The notes: generated by a model not told the origin, from the letters alone. Positions 40,548-51,699 are shown, counted from the first letter of the stretch. The stretch: DNA of 64,000 nt from an uncultured Verrucomicrobiae bacterium (GCA_963810445.1 CAWENZ010000052.1:257-64256), one strand, 5' to 3'. A program made the numbers and translations.

Positions 40548-41021
40548 ATGAAAACGAAAACCATCAACAAAATCGTCGTCAAGGACGGCAAGTCGAAGAT
40601 CGCGAGCTGGAATCAGGATTTTGAACATCGCCCGACCGTGGGCGAAAGGGTCAAGATTCCTGCTGCCGTGGCGGAGACCATCAAGGACTTCAAACCCGAG
40701 GCCACCGTGTCTTTGGTGCAGATGGACCAGACAAGCGGTGATTTCCAAATCGTCGTCGATGCCGAATGCAAGCTCCCGACCGATCAGAGGCCGGTCGTCG
40801 CGCTCAATGCCAGCCTGATTCCGGATAGAATCCGGACCGACGTGGAAGACCATCTGCGGAAACGCCTGGATTCACCCGTTCTGGATTGGGAGGAAAGCTC
40901 GGCAACCACTCCGATCATCCGCCTGCATCCGTTCAATAGCAAATTGAGGACTCCATTGGAAAAACTTCAGGCTGAAGTGGGCGAGATGGTCAATGAGGCG
41001 GTCAAGCTCGCACCTTGTTAG
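40548..41021 (+). CDS. Hypothetical protein
   Basis: 157-aa ORF with host-like codon usage. Confidence 0.65.
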   Translation: MKTKTINKIVVKDGKSKIASWNQDFEHRPTVGERVKIPAAVAETIKDFKPEATVSLVQMDQTSGDFQIVVDAECKLPTDQRPVVALNASLIPDRIRTDVEDHLRKRLDSPVLDWEESSATTPIIRLHPFNSKLRTPLEKLQAEVGEMVNEAVKLAPC

Positions 41022-41082
41022 ATGATCGGAATCAGCGAAAAATACTGCGGACAGCCCCACACCGGGGTTGCCCGCACGTCAA

Positions 41083-42285
41083 TCACGAGCCACTGATCTT
41101 GGTTGTGACTGAAGGTGGATCCGACTCCGCGGTATTCTCGGTTTGGATAATCTCCACCGGAGCACCGTTAGGAGCGTAGGGAAGGCGCGAGATGGCGAGC
41201 CAGGCACCGTTCTCAAGACCGTTCCGCACGATCAGGGAATCCGCCGTGCTCCAGACGGGATCGATGTCGGTGCGCTGGATGACAAGCTTGTCCCGATCGA
41301 TCAGATAGACCCGGTTGACGCCGCGAAGCGCGCTGCGCGGAAGCACGAAAACGTCGTCCAGCACGACCCCCTCAACCGCCGCCCTAACCGGTTGACCGAT
41401 GCGGAGCTCGGGATTCCCGGAAACAAGGCCGAAGGGATCGTCGATGCGGGCAATCGTGAAAAGCTCGCGCGAGGAATCGTCGAGCGAGCCCTCGGTCCGG
41501 ACGATTTTCGCCGCCCAGGTCCGGGGATTGGCAGCGGAACCCAACGCATCCGTTAGAGTCACCGGCACCGGCGCGTCGTCCTCGCGGTTGGGCAGCTTCG
41601 CATAGGCGAGCTGGGTGGCGGAAAGCGGAAGGCGGATCTCGGCATAGTCGGTGGCGAAGATTTCTCCCAGCGGAGTGGTGCCGCCGACGGCCTGGCCGAG
41701 ACCGACCATTCGGGATTTCACCCTGCCGGCGAAAGGGGCGCGGATTTTCGAACGCTCCAGATTCCGTTGCGCTTGTTCGACATCCGCCCTGGCGGCGGTG
41801 ACGTTGGCATTGGCTTCCTTGAGTTGCGGCACCCGCAGGACGAGAGGTGAGGGCTCCTCCTTGTAGCCGATGTCCTCCCAGTTGAGCCGGGCCTGTTTGG
41901 CACGGGCCTCCTCCTGCGCAAGAGCCGCCTCGGCGCGGGCCAATCGTGACTCGGAGGCCACCAACAGGGTGGCAAGGTCGGAGGGATCGAGCTCCAACAA
42001 GATGTCACCCTTTTCAAAAAACGCACCGTCCTCGAAGCAAGCGTTCACCACCTTGACGGTGCCGGAAACCTGCGCGGTGAGCGTGGTCAGGTGATGGGCA
42101 CGCACGGTTCCCTGGGTTTCAAGAATGACCGGAAAGCGGGTGCGCCGCAGCTCGATTTTCCCCGTCTCAAGCTTCTGGGCAGGTTGGCGCACCGACTTGG
42201 GTTCCGCAACGGGTTGGCCAAGCCACATCCACGCGCCCACACCGATGGCGAGGATGAGAATTGGAACAAGGATTCGGGAAAACAT
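41083..42285 (-). CDS. RND efflux periplasmic adaptor (MFP)
   Basis: AQVSGTV, KGDILLELD, coiled coil, KIRAPFAGRV. Confidence 0.9.
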   Translation of the reverse strand: MFSRILVPILILAIGVGAWMWLGQPVAEPKSVRQPAQKLETGKIELRRTRFPVILETQGTVRAHHLTTLTAQVSGTVKVVNACFEDGAFFEKGDILLELDPSDLATLLVASESRLARAEAALAQEEARAKQARLNWEDIGYKEEPSPLVLRVPQLKEANANVTAARADVEQAQRNLERSKIRAPFAGRVKSRMVGLGQAVGGTTPLGEIFATDYAEIRLPLSATQLAYAKLPNREDDAPVPVTLTDALGSAANPRTWAAKIVRTEGSLDDSSRELFTIARIDDPFGLVSGNPELRIGQPVRAAVEGVVLDDVFVLPRSALRGVNRVYLIDRDKLVIQRTDIDPVWSTADSLIVRNGLENGAWLAISRLPYAPNGAPVEIIQTENTAESDPPSVTTKISGS

Positions 42286-42372
42286 GGGCGCTGAAAGGAG
42301 GCAAGCTCCACCAGATTGATTGGAATGCCAAATACGAACTCGGTGGCGTGATGCTTACGGGAATGCCCGATT

Positions 42373-43767
42373 TTAGCCGGCGGGCTGGGTCTGGAAGTCT
42401 CCACCGAGCGCGAGGTGGAGGTCGATGCGGTTCTGCAGGCGCTGGTTCCTGAGCCGGATCTTGGCGGCACGGGCGTTGTTGGCACGGCGCTGGGCTTCCA
42501 GCACGTTGAGGATATTCGGATTCACCCCTTCGGAATAATCCCGTTCCGCCTGCCGTTCGGCGAGGGCAGCCTGCTCAAGTTCCGAAGCGAGAAACTTCTC
42601 CTGCGCGGCGAGCGAGCGGTCGGCTGAAAGCGATGACTCGACCTCCCGGAAGGCGATGAGCGCGGATTGCGCGTAGGCGTTGAGTTGAGCGTCGTTGCGA
42701 TCCAGCGATGCCCTTGCACCGGCTTTCAACGCGCCCCCCTCGCTGATGACTTGGGTAAATCTGCCGATGATCGTGGCGACAAGCCGGTCCGTATCCAGAA
42801 AATCCCCGAGGCGGGCGGTGGAGGTGCCTCCGTTGCCGGTGATGGCGAAAGACGGCAGCAGAGCCTTTCGCGCCGCGTCGGCCTGTTTCGCGCTGGCGAA
42901 CAAGCGCGCACGGGCGGCGGCGAGGTCCGGCCTTCGATCCAACAGATCCGCCGGAATCCCCGCCGGGACCGTGCCGGCGAGTTGCGGAAGTTGCTTGTTG
43001 GCCCGTGCGGATCCCGACGGATATCGACCTAACAAAAGCTCCAGGGAACGGGCCGCCTCGTCGCGGTCCTGCTTGCGCTGCTCCAGCGCCCGTTGTGCGG
43101 ACGAAACGTTGGTGCGGCCGAACTGGATGTCGATGGCACCCTCTCCCGTTCCCTTGTAGTTCCGCTCGATGATGCGGAGGTTTTTCTGAAACGACTCCAA
43201 GGTGGCTTCCGCGAGAACGACTTCCTGTTCCGAGGAAATGAGGTTGCACCAGGACTTCGCGGTGTTCGCCGCGAGGGAAAGCCGTGCGCCACGGTAATCC
43301 TCCAGGGCGGCCTGCTCCGAGGCGATGTCCGACTGGTTCAGGTCCCGGAGCCTGCCCCAGAGGTCGGGTTCCCATGCAGCGGTTAGATTCAGGCCGTAGT
43401 TGTGGTTTCGCGCAGCGGAGGGCGAGTCCGTGGCCGATCCATTTCCGGAAAGGCCCACCGAAGGCAGGCTGCGCGAGCGGCCGATCATGGAATTCTCCCT
43501 GGCCTCGCGGAAACGGGCGGCCGCGGACTTGAGATCACGGTTGTTCGCAAGCGCCTCGTTGACGGTCCCCGTCAGCGCTGAATCTCCGAACTCCGCCAGC
43601 CAACCACTTGAAATGCGCCCCTCGTTTCCGCGGGATGCCACCGCCCAGGATCCGGGAGTCCGGATGGACAGGTCTTCCGCAGGACGCCCGAAACGTCCGG
43701 ACTCACAGGATACAGTTAGAGCAACACCGCACAAGACGGACACTCGGATAAAATCGGATGGAATCAT
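42373..43767 (-). CDS. RND efflux outer-membrane lipoprotein (NodT/OprM family)
   Basis: Lipobox, WEPDLWGRL, PADLLDRRPDL, LHLALGGDF. Confidence 0.92.
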   Translation of the reverse strand: MIPSDFIRVSVLCGVALTVSCESGRFGRPAEDLSIRTPGSWAVASRGNEGRISSGWLAEFGDSALTGTVNEALANNRDLKSAAARFREARENSMIGRSRSLPSVGLSGNGSATDSPSAARNHNYGLNLTAAWEPDLWGRLRDLNQSDIASEQAALEDYRGARLSLAANTAKSWCNLISSEQEVVLAEATLESFQKNLRIIERNYKGTGEGAIDIQFGRTNVSSAQRALEQRKQDRDEAARSLELLLGRYPSGSARANKQLPQLAGTVPAGIPADLLDRRPDLAAARARLFASAKQADAARKALLPSFAITGNGGTSTARLGDFLDTDRLVATIIGRFTQVISEGGALKAGARASLDRNDAQLNAYAQSALIAFREVESSLSADRSLAAQEKFLASELEQAALAERQAERDYSEGVNPNILNVLEAQRRANNARAAKIRLRNQRLQNRIDLHLALGGDFQTQPAG

Positions 43768-43784
43768 GCGGCCGGTCGTTTCTG

Positions 43785-46700
43785 CTAGTTGGATGTCTCG
43801 CCACTCTTGCCTTGGTCAGGAAGGATGGGCAATTCTTCCGTGTTGCGACGGAAAGGGCGTGCATACCAAGCCCATCCCTTCCCGAGATGACCTACCAGAT
43901 CCTCCGCCGCGAGGTAGGCGGCCGGAATAAGGAACAGGGTGATGGCCGTGGCGAAGAGGATGCCGAATGCAAGCGAGGTCGCCATTGGAATCAGCAGTTG
44001 TGCCTGCAAGGATGGATCAAACATCAAGGGCACCAACCCGACAAAGGTGGTGAGCGATGTCAGCAGGATGGGCCGGAACCGGCGCGTGCCGGACTGGATC
44101 ACCGATTCGAACACATCCTTCCCCTCACGGGTTCGCTGGTTGATGAAATCCACCATCACCAGCGAGTCGTTCACCACCACCCCGGCCAGCGCGAGGATGC
44201 CGAAAACGGATAGATAGGACGGCGTGATTCCCATGATCATGTGCCCGAACAACGCGCCGATGGCGCCGAACGGCACTGCAAGCATCACGAAGAACGGCTG
44301 ATAGAGCGAGCGGAACGGGATCGCGAGCAGGGCGTAGAGCGCGAAGAACAACGCGACTCCACCGATCAAGGTGCGCTTCTTCGTTTCCTCATGATCGGCA
44401 ACATAGCCGGAGTAGCGCCAGGAAAGCTCGGGGTGCCGGTTCAGGATCGCGTCGAGACGCGGCGCGATGTTTCTTGAAATGGCGACCACATCGACATTCT
44501 CGTCCACAGGTTGCGCGGAAACGTAAACCACCTGCGCGCCGTCGATGCGCGTGATGTCCGAGCGGGCGCGTGCGAATGTCGCGCTCGCGACGCTGCGGAA
44601 AGGTGCCTCACCGCCGGACGGAGTGCGGATCCGGAGGTCATCCAGCGTGTTGAGCGACTGTCGCTGCGCAAGCGGCATGCGCACCATCACGCGGACGTCG
44701 TCGCGGTCGCGTTGGATCCGCTGGGCCTGTTGACCGAAGAACGCCGCACGCACCTGGTTGGCGAGATCGCGCTGTGTTAGACCGAGGGATTCCCCCTCGG
44801 GGCGGATGGTGATGAGAAGTTCGTCACGATTTCCGCCGGCATTGTTCCAGGCGCTGGCGATTCCCTGATAGGATTCCAGCATGTCCTCCACCTCGCGTGT
44901 GACCGCGATTTTCTCATCCGACGCGGGACCACGGATCTCGATCTTGAGCGTTTCCGTATCGTCATCCCGACCACGCCCGCCGTGTCCCCGGTCACCGGAA
45001 ATTCTCAGGTTCTCGACATCGGGCATGTCACCAACGAGTTCCAGCCAGCGGTTGGCGATCTGGCTGTTTTTCGGCCCCGGTTCGGAACGCAAGCCCGGAT
45101 CCAGGACATTGATGACGACATAACCCTCCCGCGGTTCCACGGTCGGCCTTCCGGTCCAACCACCGCTCGACGTGACCACGTCGCGGATCAATGATTCCCC
45201 CGTCCCGGGATCGACAAATTCCTTCCGGAGTTGATCCACCACCGAAGCGGCCTGCAGAACCCGCTGATCGGTGACTTCCACAGGTGTGTCAACGGGCATC
45301 AGGATGCGGGCGACGACCCGGTTCTGATCGATGGACGGCATGTTGACGAAGCCCAGACGACCACTTGATAGAATACCGACGGAAGCCATTGCCAACGCCG
45401 CGAAGCCCGCGAGGGTCGCGTAACGGTGCTGCGTGGTGAAGCGGAGTGCCGGGTCATAGAACTTGTCCACGAAGGTTTCCAAACCGTCGGCGATTCGCTT
45501 TTGAAAACGCTCGAAAGCGTTGAAATGCTTGCGATGCACCTTCACGTGCTTGAGGTGGCAAGGCAGCGCCAGTTTCGACTCGATCAGCGAGAAAATGAGC
45601 ACCGCGCTAACAACCGGCGGGATCTGCTTGCTGAAGGATCCATAGAAGCCGTCGAAAAACATCAGCGGGATGAATGCCACGATCGTGGTCAACGCCCCGA
45701 AGGTGACCGGAACGGAGACCTCCTTCGCGCCTTCCGTCACCGCCTCGAAGGCCGGCACCCCTTCCTTGAGCTTGGTGTAGATATTTTCAGCCGTGACGAT
45801 CCCGTCATCGACGACGATGCCCACCACGATGATGAATCCGAAGATGCTCATCACGTTCGCCGTCATGCCGAAGAACGGCATCATGATGAAACCACCCGCG
45901 AAGGAAACCGGAATGCCGAGCACCACCCAGAACGCGATCATCGGGCGCAGGAAAAGCCCTAACACCAGAAGCACCAGCAACCCGCCCTGGATCATGCTGG
46001 TGACCAACGTGCCAAGCCGCCCTTCCAGCTCGATCGAGGAGTCGTCCCAGACATGGAGCGAGATCCCGGTCGGAAAACGCTCGTGCGCCGTTGCCGCATA
46101 CTTCTTCACCGAAGCGGCGATCCCGAGGGCGTTCTCGTCATTGAGCCGCAGGACTTCCACGAGCAGGGCAGGCTTGCCATTGAACCGTATGATCTTCCTT
46201 CCCTCCTCGAAGCCATCGCTGATCTTCGCCACATTTCCCAACCGCACTTCCGAACCCGCCTTGTTGCTGATGACGATCTTGTCGAAGTCGGCACGGGTGT
46301 AGGCCTGGCCCTTTGAGCGGATCATCAGGCTGCCCTCGTCGGTCTGGATCTGGCCAGCGGGAAGATCGAGCGAGGAACGCTGGATGGCGGTGGTTAGATC
46401 CGAAAAGGTGAGCCCGTAATCGCGCAAGCGCATGGGATCCGCCTCGATCGCGATTTCCGGCGGATTGTTGCCAAGCACGTTTGCCTGGGAAATGCCGCGG
46501 ATCTCCACCAGATCATCGCGCACCCGGCGGGCCGCGCGAAAGAGGTCGGACTCCTCCATGTCTCCATAGATGCAAACCTTGATCACGTCGAACCAGGCCG
46601 CGCTGTCCGGAATCGTCACCTGTGGCGGCTCGATCTCGCCCGGCAGGTTGGTGAGGCGGGCAATGCGGGTCTTGATCTCATCCTGAAGAAGGCGGGTGTC

Positions 46701-46994
46701 CTGCCCCTCGTTCGCCCGCACAGTGATCCGCGCGTTCCCACTCGATGCCCGCGACTCGACAAAATCCACCCCTTGAAGTCCCTCGAGAGCTCCCTCGATG
46801 GGCAGGACCACCGAGCGCTCGACATCATCCGGGCTCCCGCCGCGGTAGGGAACCGTGATTTCCACCTGATTGAAAACCATCGCCGGTTGCACCTCGAGAG
46901 GCACCTTCTCCACCAATGACCATGCACCCCACAGCAAAACACCGAAGAGCAGGAAGTTTGCCGCGATGTCATTTCGCGCGAACCAACGAATCAT
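43785..46994 (-). CDS. RND efflux permease (AcrB/AcrF family)
   Basis: MIRWFARN, GIVVDDGIV, GVVVNDSLV, RFRPILLTSLTT. Confidence 0.95.
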   Translation of the reverse strand: MIRWFARNDIAANFLLFGVLLWGAWSLVEKVPLEVQPAMVFNQVEITVPYRGGSPDDVERSVVLPIEGALEGLQGVDFVESRASSGNARITVRANEGQDTRLLQDEIKTRIARLTNLPGEIEPPQVTIPDSAAWFDVIKVCIYGDMEESDLFRAARRVRDDLVEIRGISQANVLGNNPPEIAIEADPMRLRDYGLTFSDLTTAIQRSSLDLPAGQIQTDEGSLMIRSKGQAYTRADFDKIVISNKAGSEVRLGNVAKISDGFEEGRKIIRFNGKPALLVEVLRLNDENALGIAASVKKYAATAHERFPTGISLHVWDDSSIELEGRLGTLVTSMIQGGLLVLLVLGLFLRPMIAFWVVLGIPVSFAGGFIMMPFFGMTANVMSIFGFIIVVGIVVDDGIVTAENIYTKLKEGVPAFEAVTEGAKEVSVPVTFGALTTIVAFIPLMFFDGFYGSFSKQIPPVVSAVLIFSLIESKLALPCHLKHVKVHRKHFNAFERFQKRIADGLETFVDKFYDPALRFTTQHRYATLAGFAALAMASVGILSSGRLGFVNMPSIDQNRVVARILMPVDTPVEVTDQRVLQAASVVDQLRKEFVDPGTGESLIRDVVTSSGGWTGRPTVEPREGYVVINVLDPGLRSEPGPKNSQIANRWLELVGDMPDVENLRISGDRGHGGRGRDDDTETLKIEIRGPASDEKIAVTREVEDMLESYQGIASAWNNAGGNRDELLITIRPEGESLGLTQRDLANQVRAAFFGQQAQRIQRDRDDVRVMVRMPLAQRQSLNTLDDLRIRTPSGGEAPFRSVASATFARARSDITRIDGAQVVYVSAQPVDENVDVVAISRNIAPRLDAILNRHPELSWRYSGYVADHEETKKRTLIGGVALFFALYALLAIPFRSLYQPFFVMLAVPFGAIGALFGHMIMGITPSYLSVFGILALAGVVVNDSLVMVDFINQRTREGKDVFESVIQSGTRRFRPILLTSLTTFVGLVPLMFDPSLQAQLLIPMATSLAFGILFATAITLFLIPAAYLAAEDLVGHLGKGWAWYARPFRRNTEELPILPDQGKSGETSN

Positions 46995-47117
46995 AGGCCG
47001 TCTCTTACGGGGCGATCAGGGGTGTGTCTAACGCGGTATTGCCATTTGCCCGAATTAAACGGCCAACACGAACACATGAAAAACGGCAAAAATTGCAGCC
47101 CCCCTTGAACAATGCTT

Positions 47118-47591
47118 TCAAATCAGCCCGAGCACCTTCGCGAGGTGATCGTCCGGCTTCACCTTCGGCAGGACCGCCTTGATCTTGCCATCCGGACCGA
47201 TGATGAAGGTGGTGCGCTCGGTGCCGAAATAGGTTTTCCCATACATGCTTTTCTCCACCCACACGCCGTAAGCCTCGACGATCTTGTGATCCTCATCGCT
47301 GAGGATCGGAAACGGCAGGCTGTGTTTCCTGATGAATTTCTCATGGCTCCTGATCGGGTCGATGCTGACTCCGAAGACCTTTGCCTTCGCGGAAATTTCG
47401 GCCCAGCCGTCACGCAACGCACAGGCCTGCTTCGTGCATCCGGGAGTGTCGTCCTTCGGATAAAAATACAACACGACGGTCTGCCCCTTGAGGTCGGACT
47501 GTTTCACCTGGGTGGCGGAGGCATATTCACCTCCGACGGCTTCTGCGGAAAATGCGGGCGCTTTGGAACCGGGTTTGGGTTGATCGCTCAT
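47118..47591 (-). CDS. bcp: Thioredoxin-dependent peroxiredoxin BCP
   Basis: YFYPKDDTPGCTKQAC, RTTFII. Confidence 0.92.
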   Translation of the reverse strand: MSDQPKPGSKAPAFSAEAVGGEYASATQVKQSDLKGQTVVLYFYPKDDTPGCTKQACALRDGWAEISAKAKVFGVSIDPIRSHEKFIRKHSLPFPILSDEDHKIVEAYGVWVEKSMYGKTYFGTERTTFIIGPDGKIKAVLPKVKPDDHLAKVLGLI

Positions 47592-47657
47592 GCCGTGATT
47601 CATAGACGTGTCACGCGATCGCGCAAGAGGACTCTGGTGGATTTTCCAGCGCCTTCG

Positions 47658-50273
47658 TCAAGGCACACCCGTCACCGTGACCCGATAGAAACGCTTGCCG
47701 TCGGGTGCTGGCACGCTGCCGTTGTCGGTCCACATTTTGGAGGACCCGTCCCCGACCACGGCAGCCGACCCATGCTCCCAATTCAACAGGTCCGGACTCC
47801 AATCCACCTGATAGATCCTGTCAAACTGGGTCGGATAGGTCACGACCACGTCGTCGGTTTCCGCATCACGGGTCGTGAACCACTGGTAGCGGTCCGACGC
47901 ATCGGCCTGCAATCCGAGGAGGTATTCGTCGCGATTGGAAATGCCGTCGTGGTCGTGGTCCAACAGGGCGTCGCCCGCGTCGAGGCGGTTGAGGCCATTG
48001 TTGATCTCATACTCGTCGGGGATGCCGTCCATGTCGGTGTCCGCAGCGCCTTGCTTGATCATGGTGAAGGTGTCCGGCGTGCTGCCGTTTTCCCGGATGA
48101 AGGTGGCGTCGAGTCGGGTTCCGTTCACATCCAGCACCAGTGATCCCAGGTTGTTGAGACTGATGAAATGCGCGGGATGGTTGAGGGTTCCACCGCTGAT
48201 CTGGCCGGACGAACCCGGCACGACATAGACCGCGCCGAAATGGTCGCGCGGCCCCGTAAGCGGCTTGATGTAGGCACCGCTTCCCAAGGGTCGTCCGCTT
48301 CCTCCATCTTTCTTCATGTCAGCGGTCAAGGTGCCGGAGAGCCCGTAATGTCCGTCCAGCAGATAACTGCGCTCATAGCTGTGGCTATGTCCGCTCAGGA
48401 CGAGATCGACGCCGCCCGCTTCAAGAATGGGCAGGATGTTCGCGCGCATCTGGATCAACGGCGTTTCGGTATCCGAGTTGTGCGATCCCTTGGTGTAGGG
48501 CGGATGATGGAAAATGCAGATGATCCAGGTGCTCGTGGTCGAGGCGAGATCGTTTGTTAGCCAGGTGGCCATGGCACCGCCCGGGGAACGGTCCGCAGTC
48601 ATCGAATCCAAGCTGATGACATGGATGTTTCCATAATCGAAGGAATAGTAGTGCTCGGTGCCCGAGGAAACGCCACCACATTGGCCCGCTTTCGGAAAGG
48701 TATAGATATTGAAATAAGGATAGGTATCGACGTAGGAGGTGGACTGGCCGGTCTCGTGGTTGCCAAGGCAGGACCAGAAGGGAACCCGCCGCATCAGGCT
48801 GCCGTAGATATCGAACACCTTCGCCTGGAACTCGCTGTCGAGCCCGGTGTTGTAGGCGTTGTCACCTAACTGAAGCACGACATTCGGGTCACGCGATCCG
48901 GTCCAGGTGTAGAAGGCGTCGCGCACGCTGGTCTGGTTGGACGTCCCTGTTCCGGCATCGCCGAGCACCCAGATGCGGGTGTCGGGCGTGGTCCCGGCGG
49001 CTGGCGGGGTCGTGAACCGGTGGTTGGAATCCCCGCCGGCAAGCGTGTCAACCGCGGACCCCACGCTGTAGAAATAGGTCGTGTCAGGCGAAAGCCCCGT
49101 GAGGGTGACCTCATGGTCAGTGGTGGCGGAGACCTCATCCGTTGATGCCGTTAGAGAAAGGGCCGATGGTCCGTATCTCACCCGCCCTGTCACGCTCTGG
49201 CTGCTGCGCCAGCGGAGGGTCATGGTGGTGGGACCCGCCTGTTGGAGATAGGCGGTGCGGGTGAGCGTCCCCGATCCGGCACCCGGGTTCACGGTGATGG
49301 TGGTGACTGCCGAGCCCGTGACATTCGAGTCGTTGTCAGTCGCCCTGGCGGTGAGATCGTAGGCTCCACTAACGACTCCAGCCCAGGCGTAGGTGTAGGG
49401 TGAGGTCGTGTCTTCACCCACTTTCGTAGCACCTTGGTAGAACTCGACCTTGGTGATACTGCCGTCGGTGTCGCTCGCGGTTGCGGCCAGGTTGACGGTG
49501 GCGGGTGCGATGAACGGGTCCGCGGCCAGTGGTGATGTCAGGGAGACGGATGGCGCGTTTCCTACCTGGGTTCCGGACGTGACGATGCTCACGTTATCGA
49601 GTCCGAAGACCTGATCCGGGGATGTCTGCGTGGCATTGTCGTCCATCCAGCGGAGCAGGAGAATGGCATTGTTCGCCCAGGCCGGACCAAAGCTAACAGT
49701 GGTGGCTGGCATCGTGGTGGTTCCCGTGGAATTCGGCACATCGGTGAGCGTTGGATTCAATGTCGCGACATTGTTCCACGTTGTGCCACCATCGAGACTG
49801 TAGAAAAGCCAGTAGCCGGGTAAGTCATTGACCGTGGAAGGGGCCGTGAAACGGCGGGTGTCGTAGCTGACGTCGATCGAGGTGATGGAAACTCCGGTGG
49901 TGTTCGTCAGGGAAAGCTGTAGGGCCACGCCCGCGCCTGTCGTCGGCGAGGTGCCGAGGCAGCGATCGGCGGTCGATGCAGGAAGCGCGAGGTTGTATCC
50001 ACTTGTGTCGCTTTTGCCGGTGAATGTCGTGGCTGCCGCAACGGTGTTGTTTTCCGTCCCTCCGACCACCCCGCTGCTTGGGATGGAAGTTGTCCAGGTG
50101 GAGTTGCTGCCGCCGAAAGCCCCGAAGACAGACCAACCGACTGGCGGAGCGGTTCCGGTGGTTCCCATGGCGTCGAAGTTCTGCTGATAGGGACTGGTGA
50201 AATTCACGGCACCGGCGTGAGTCGCCAATCCAAGCAGGCAGGCGAGCAAGAGATCGTGGATCTTGGGTTTCAT
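47658..50273 (-). CDS. Secreted purple-acid-phosphatase-like metallophosphoesterase with Ig-like and FN3 domains
   Basis: LGDAG, LGDNAY, GNHE, HHPPY, SGHSHSYER; start overlaps the upstream TPR gene stop. Confidence 0.9.
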   Translation of the reverse strand: MKPKIHDLLLACLLGLATHAGAVNFTSPYQQNFDAMGTTGTAPPVGWSVFGAFGGSNSTWTTSIPSSGVVGGTENNTVAAATTFTGKSDTSGYNLALPASTADRCLGTSPTTGAGVALQLSLTNTTGVSITSIDVSYDTRRFTAPSTVNDLPGYWLFYSLDGGTTWNNVATLNPTLTDVPNSTGTTTMPATTVSFGPAWANNAILLLRWMDDNATQTSPDQVFGLDNVSIVTSGTQVGNAPSVSLTSPLAADPFIAPATVNLAATASDTDGSITKVEFYQGATKVGEDTTSPYTYAWAGVVSGAYDLTARATDNDSNVTGSAVTTITVNPGAGSGTLTRTAYLQQAGPTTMTLRWRSSQSVTGRVRYGPSALSLTASTDEVSATTDHEVTLTGLSPDTTYFYSVGSAVDTLAGGDSNHRFTTPPAAGTTPDTRIWVLGDAGTGTSNQTSVRDAFYTWTGSRDPNVVLQLGDNAYNTGLDSEFQAKVFDIYGSLMRRVPFWSCLGNHETGQSTSYVDTYPYFNIYTFPKAGQCGGVSSGTEHYYSFDYGNIHVISLDSMTADRSPGGAMATWLTNDLASTTSTWIICIFHHPPYTKGSHNSDTETPLIQMRANILPILEAGGVDLVLSGHSHSYERSYLLDGHYGLSGTLTADMKKDGGSGRPLGSGAYIKPLTGPRDHFGAVYVVPGSSGQISGGTLNHPAHFISLNNLGSLVLDVNGTRLDATFIRENGSTPDTFTMIKQGAADTDMDGIPDEYEINNGLNRLDAGDALLDHDHDGISNRDEYLLGLQADASDRYQWFTTRDAETDDVVVTYPTQFDRIYQVDWSPDLLNWEHGSAAVVGDGSSKMWTDNGSVPAPDGKRFYRVTVTGVP

Positions 50274-51181
50274 TTGAGAACGTTGGAGGTTGAGGACGAT
50301 TCGCCAGAGCCCAAGGATTGGAGAGCAACGCCTGTCTGTTCTAGCAGAAGGCTCATGGCATGTGAATTCCGTTGGGAAATGGGCAGTTTGAGAAGGTGGT
50401 CCCGAAGCCCGGTCCATGCGGCGACGGACTCTGGAATCCTGTCCGCCTTAGCAAGAATACTGGCCCGCCTTGCCATCCACGGCTCGGGTCGTTGCACGGA
50501 TTTCTCCAATCCCGAGACTCTCGCGAGCGCCGAATTGAAACGCCCGAGTGATTCCTCCATCTCCAGCGCCTTGCAAACCAGCGACGGGATTTCACCCAGC
50601 CTAGAAATGCCTTCCTCCAGGTCTTCCAGCGCGGCTTCGGGATGCCCCGCCGCGACCGAGGCTTCCGCCGTTTCCACAAAGAGGTCCGGCTCGGGACTCC
50701 GCGTCCTGGCCAAGGCCCGATGGAAATCCGCCACCGCCGACTCGTGATCTCCCAATGCAAGCTCCACCCTGGCCCTTGTCGCAAATCCATCCGGAGATTC
50801 GGGATTCGCCTTCACAAATTCATCCAATGCCGTCTTCGCCAACCGCAGCTTGCCTCCAGCCATCAGGGCCTTTCCCCGGACAAGAGCGACCGGATACTTT
50901 CCAGGTGCGAGTTGGTTCGACTTTTCGAGGTCGAGAAGCGCCCGCATCCAGTCGCCATGAAGGTAGTGCAGCTCGGCCCGATGAAACCAGATCCCCCCGT
51001 TGCACGGATCCGTGGCGATTTGTTCGTCGGCGATCCGGATTTCCTCATCGTAGCCGCCATGACCCATCGATGGTCCCGAGACGATCATCCAGAAGAACCC
51101 CAGGCAGACAACTTGCAATCTCACCTTGCCAACCTGTCGGCAAGCCTGGAACCGTTTGATCGCATGGCCGGGTAAATTCAT
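50270..51181 (-). CDS. Exported TPR protein
   Basis: Signal-like segment then HGG, multiple TPR helices; start position uncertain. Confidence 0.75.
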   Translation of the reverse strand: MNLPGHAIKRFQACRQVGKVRLQVVCLGFFWMIVSGPSMGHGGYDEEIRIADEQIATDPCNGGIWFHRAELHYLHGDWMRALLDLEKSNQLAPGKYPVALVRGKALMAGGKLRLAKTALDEFVKANPESPDGFATRARVELALGDHESAVADFHRALARTRSPEPDLFVETAEASVAAGHPEAALEDLEEGISRLGEIPSLVCKALEMEESLGRFNSALARVSGLEKSVQRPEPWMARRASILAKADRIPESVAAWTGLRDHLLKLPISQRNSHAMSLLLEQTGVALQSLGSGESSSTSNVLK

Positions 51182-51276
51182 GGGCTTATTCAATGAAGTC
51201 TCGATCCAATGAAGCACAAACGCGGATTGCAAGCATCGACTTGCGGTGTAAGCTCGGCACCCACGAACCCGTGCCG

Positions 51277-51699
51277 ATGGACGACCTAACCGATTTTTAC
51301 CAGTCCGTCATTCTCGACCATTCCTCCAGGCCGAGGAATTTCTCCGTGTTGCCGGACGCTAACAGGATCGGTGTCGGGGACAATCCGACCTGCGGCGACA
51401 AGGTCACGATTTACCTGCATCTGGAAGGTGACGTCATCACCGGAATCAGCTTCCAGGGAAAAGGTTGTGCGATTTCCCAGGCCTCCGCATCGATCATGAC
51501 GCTCCGGCTCAAGGGCAGGACCCTGGACGAGGCGGAAACCATTTATTCCAGATTTCACGAAATGATCACCACTGGCGAATGCGGCGGCGACGAGCTTTCG
51601 GAAACGGCTGCCCTCGCCGGGGTGCATCGATTCCCCTTGCGCATCAAGTGCGCTACACTCGGCTGGCACGCGGCGCTGGATGCCGCGAATCGCCCGTAG
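51277..51699 (+). CDS. sufU: SufU/IscU-family Fe-S assembly protein
   Basis: YQSVILDH, NPTCGD, GCAISQASAS, RIKCATLGWH. Confidence 0.88.
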   Translation: MDDLTDFYQSVILDHSSRPRNFSVLPDANRIGVGDNPTCGDKVTIYLHLEGDVITGISFQGKGCAISQASASIMTLRLKGRTLDEAETIYSRFHEMITTGECGGDELSETAALAGVHRFPLRIKCATLGWHAALDAANRP

